A stretch of 35,884 nt of DNA, from assembly GCF_006345805.1 (NCBI RefSeq), contig NW_021829886.1, forward strand, positions 1 to 35,884, written 5' to 3'. This DNA comes from Octopus sinensis. Lineage: Eukaryota. The notes beneath the pieces were generated by a model, which saw only the letters and a list, made by a program, of their open reading frames with translations, had not been told where the DNA came from and did not search any database. Positions 34,626-35,884 of this stretch are shown one piece after another (the stretch's first letter is position 1; each line of letters starts with the position of its first letter). A program made the position numbers and the translations under genes.

Positions 34626-34861
34626 GGATTGATAGACCCTTGAACGTATGCGCATACAAAATGATAACGATGTTATGATGATATTGGTGATGATGTTAAT
34701 GACGATGATTGTGATGAAGATTGGGATGGTTCGTTATTTCTTTTTGTTTGTTTGTTTTTCGAATCGAAGCCCACGCTACAGCAGCACCGCTTCTTTAAGG
34801 ATTATGTTAGTGACCACAACGAGAACAACGAAAACGGCGATGAATACGAAAAATGAAACAT

Positions 34862-34893
<32 letters not shown>

Positions 34894-35194
34894 CCGATGA
34901 CGACGACGAAGATGATGATGATGGTGATGATGTGGGATTTCCAGAGTCAACGAAATAACGTCTAAGTCTAGATTCTAAACTCTAAACAATCTCCAGATTT
35001 GCTAACAACCGCAGCTAAATCACCCGGCAGAAATAAATATGGTGAACTTTTCGTTAAAATGAATAAGAAAGACAGACGGACTCAATAGACAGTGTACTTC
35101 TAGGTACACTATGCCAAAAACAAAAAAAAAAACTAAGGAAATATTCAAGAAAACAAAAGTTGATGGTCAAACAGAACAGCTTCCAAGCCCACAA

Positions 35195-35536
35195 TCATCA
35201 CTATCACCACCACTAACACCACTACCATCACACCACCAATACCACCACGAGTAGCAGCAGCAGCACCACCACCACCACCACCGCAACCACCACACCTAAT
35301 ATAACCATCGCCTTCAACACCACTAACACCAATACCACCACCGACACCACCACCACCACCACCACCAGAACAGTAACGTCGATAATAACTACAATAACTA
35401 TGGTTACCATGCCAACCATCACCATCACTATCAGCGATACCACTGCCACCGCAACTACAACAACCACAACTACCATTTCCACTGTAACCATCGCCCTCGC
35501 CACAAGCACCATATCATCACCACTTCAACCACCATT
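35195..35536. repeat. (ACC)/(ACT)-rich low-complexity tract
   Basis: Direct inspection. Confidence 0.9.
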
Positions 35537-35884
35537 CGCTTACTACCACCAGTACCACCACACGCTTACTACCACTTGTACCACCACTCGCCTACTACCA
35601 CCAGTACCACCACACGCTTACTACCACTTGTACCACCACTCGCCTACTACCACCAGTACCACCACACGCTTACTACCACTTGTACCACTACACGCCTACT
35701 ACAACCAGTACCACCACACGCTTACTACCACTTGTACCACCACTCGCCTACTACCACCAGTACCACCACACGCTTACTACCACTTGTACCACTACACGCC
35801 TACTACAACCAGTACCACCACACGCTTACTACCACTTGTACCACCACTCGCCTACTACCACCAGTACCACCACACGCTTACTAC
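35537..35884. repeat. 26-bp minisatellite with 52- and 104-bp higher-order structure (runs off the window)
   Basis: Units A cgcttactaccacttgtaccaccact and B cgcctactaccaccagtaccaccaca alternate; variants A'B' recur at 35667 and 35771. Confidence 0.97.

Overview
Repeat-saturated, AT-rich animal genomic DNA, most likely intronic/intergenic sequence from an octopod cephalopod. That assignment is an inference from the tRNA-headed SINE families and extreme microsatellite load. Almost every ORF in the supplied track is a microsatellite read-through. Supportable content: (i) more than 25 copies or fragments of four tRNA-derived SINE families (here A-D) plus one further degenerate dispersed family; (ii) two lineages of R4/Dong-type non-LTR elements with restriction-like endonucleases, three short copies of which sit in (TAA)n tracts; (iii) L1/Tx1-like LINE 3' ends, a Gypsy integrase relic, a mariner transposase relic, a Tigger/pogo-like MITE and a Helitron-like terminus; (iv) a tRNA-Trp 3' half, a hammerhead-ribozyme core, and a 26/52/104-bp higher-order minisatellite; (v) a few unconfirmed + strand exon candidates, one set with ApeC-like motif spacing. 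I see no convincing complete gene and no proven new system. The most interesting signals are a SINE carrying two interchangeable 3' tails, one homologous to a LINE 3' end in the same window, and a (TAA)n landing-pad cluster containing a chimeric R4 copy.
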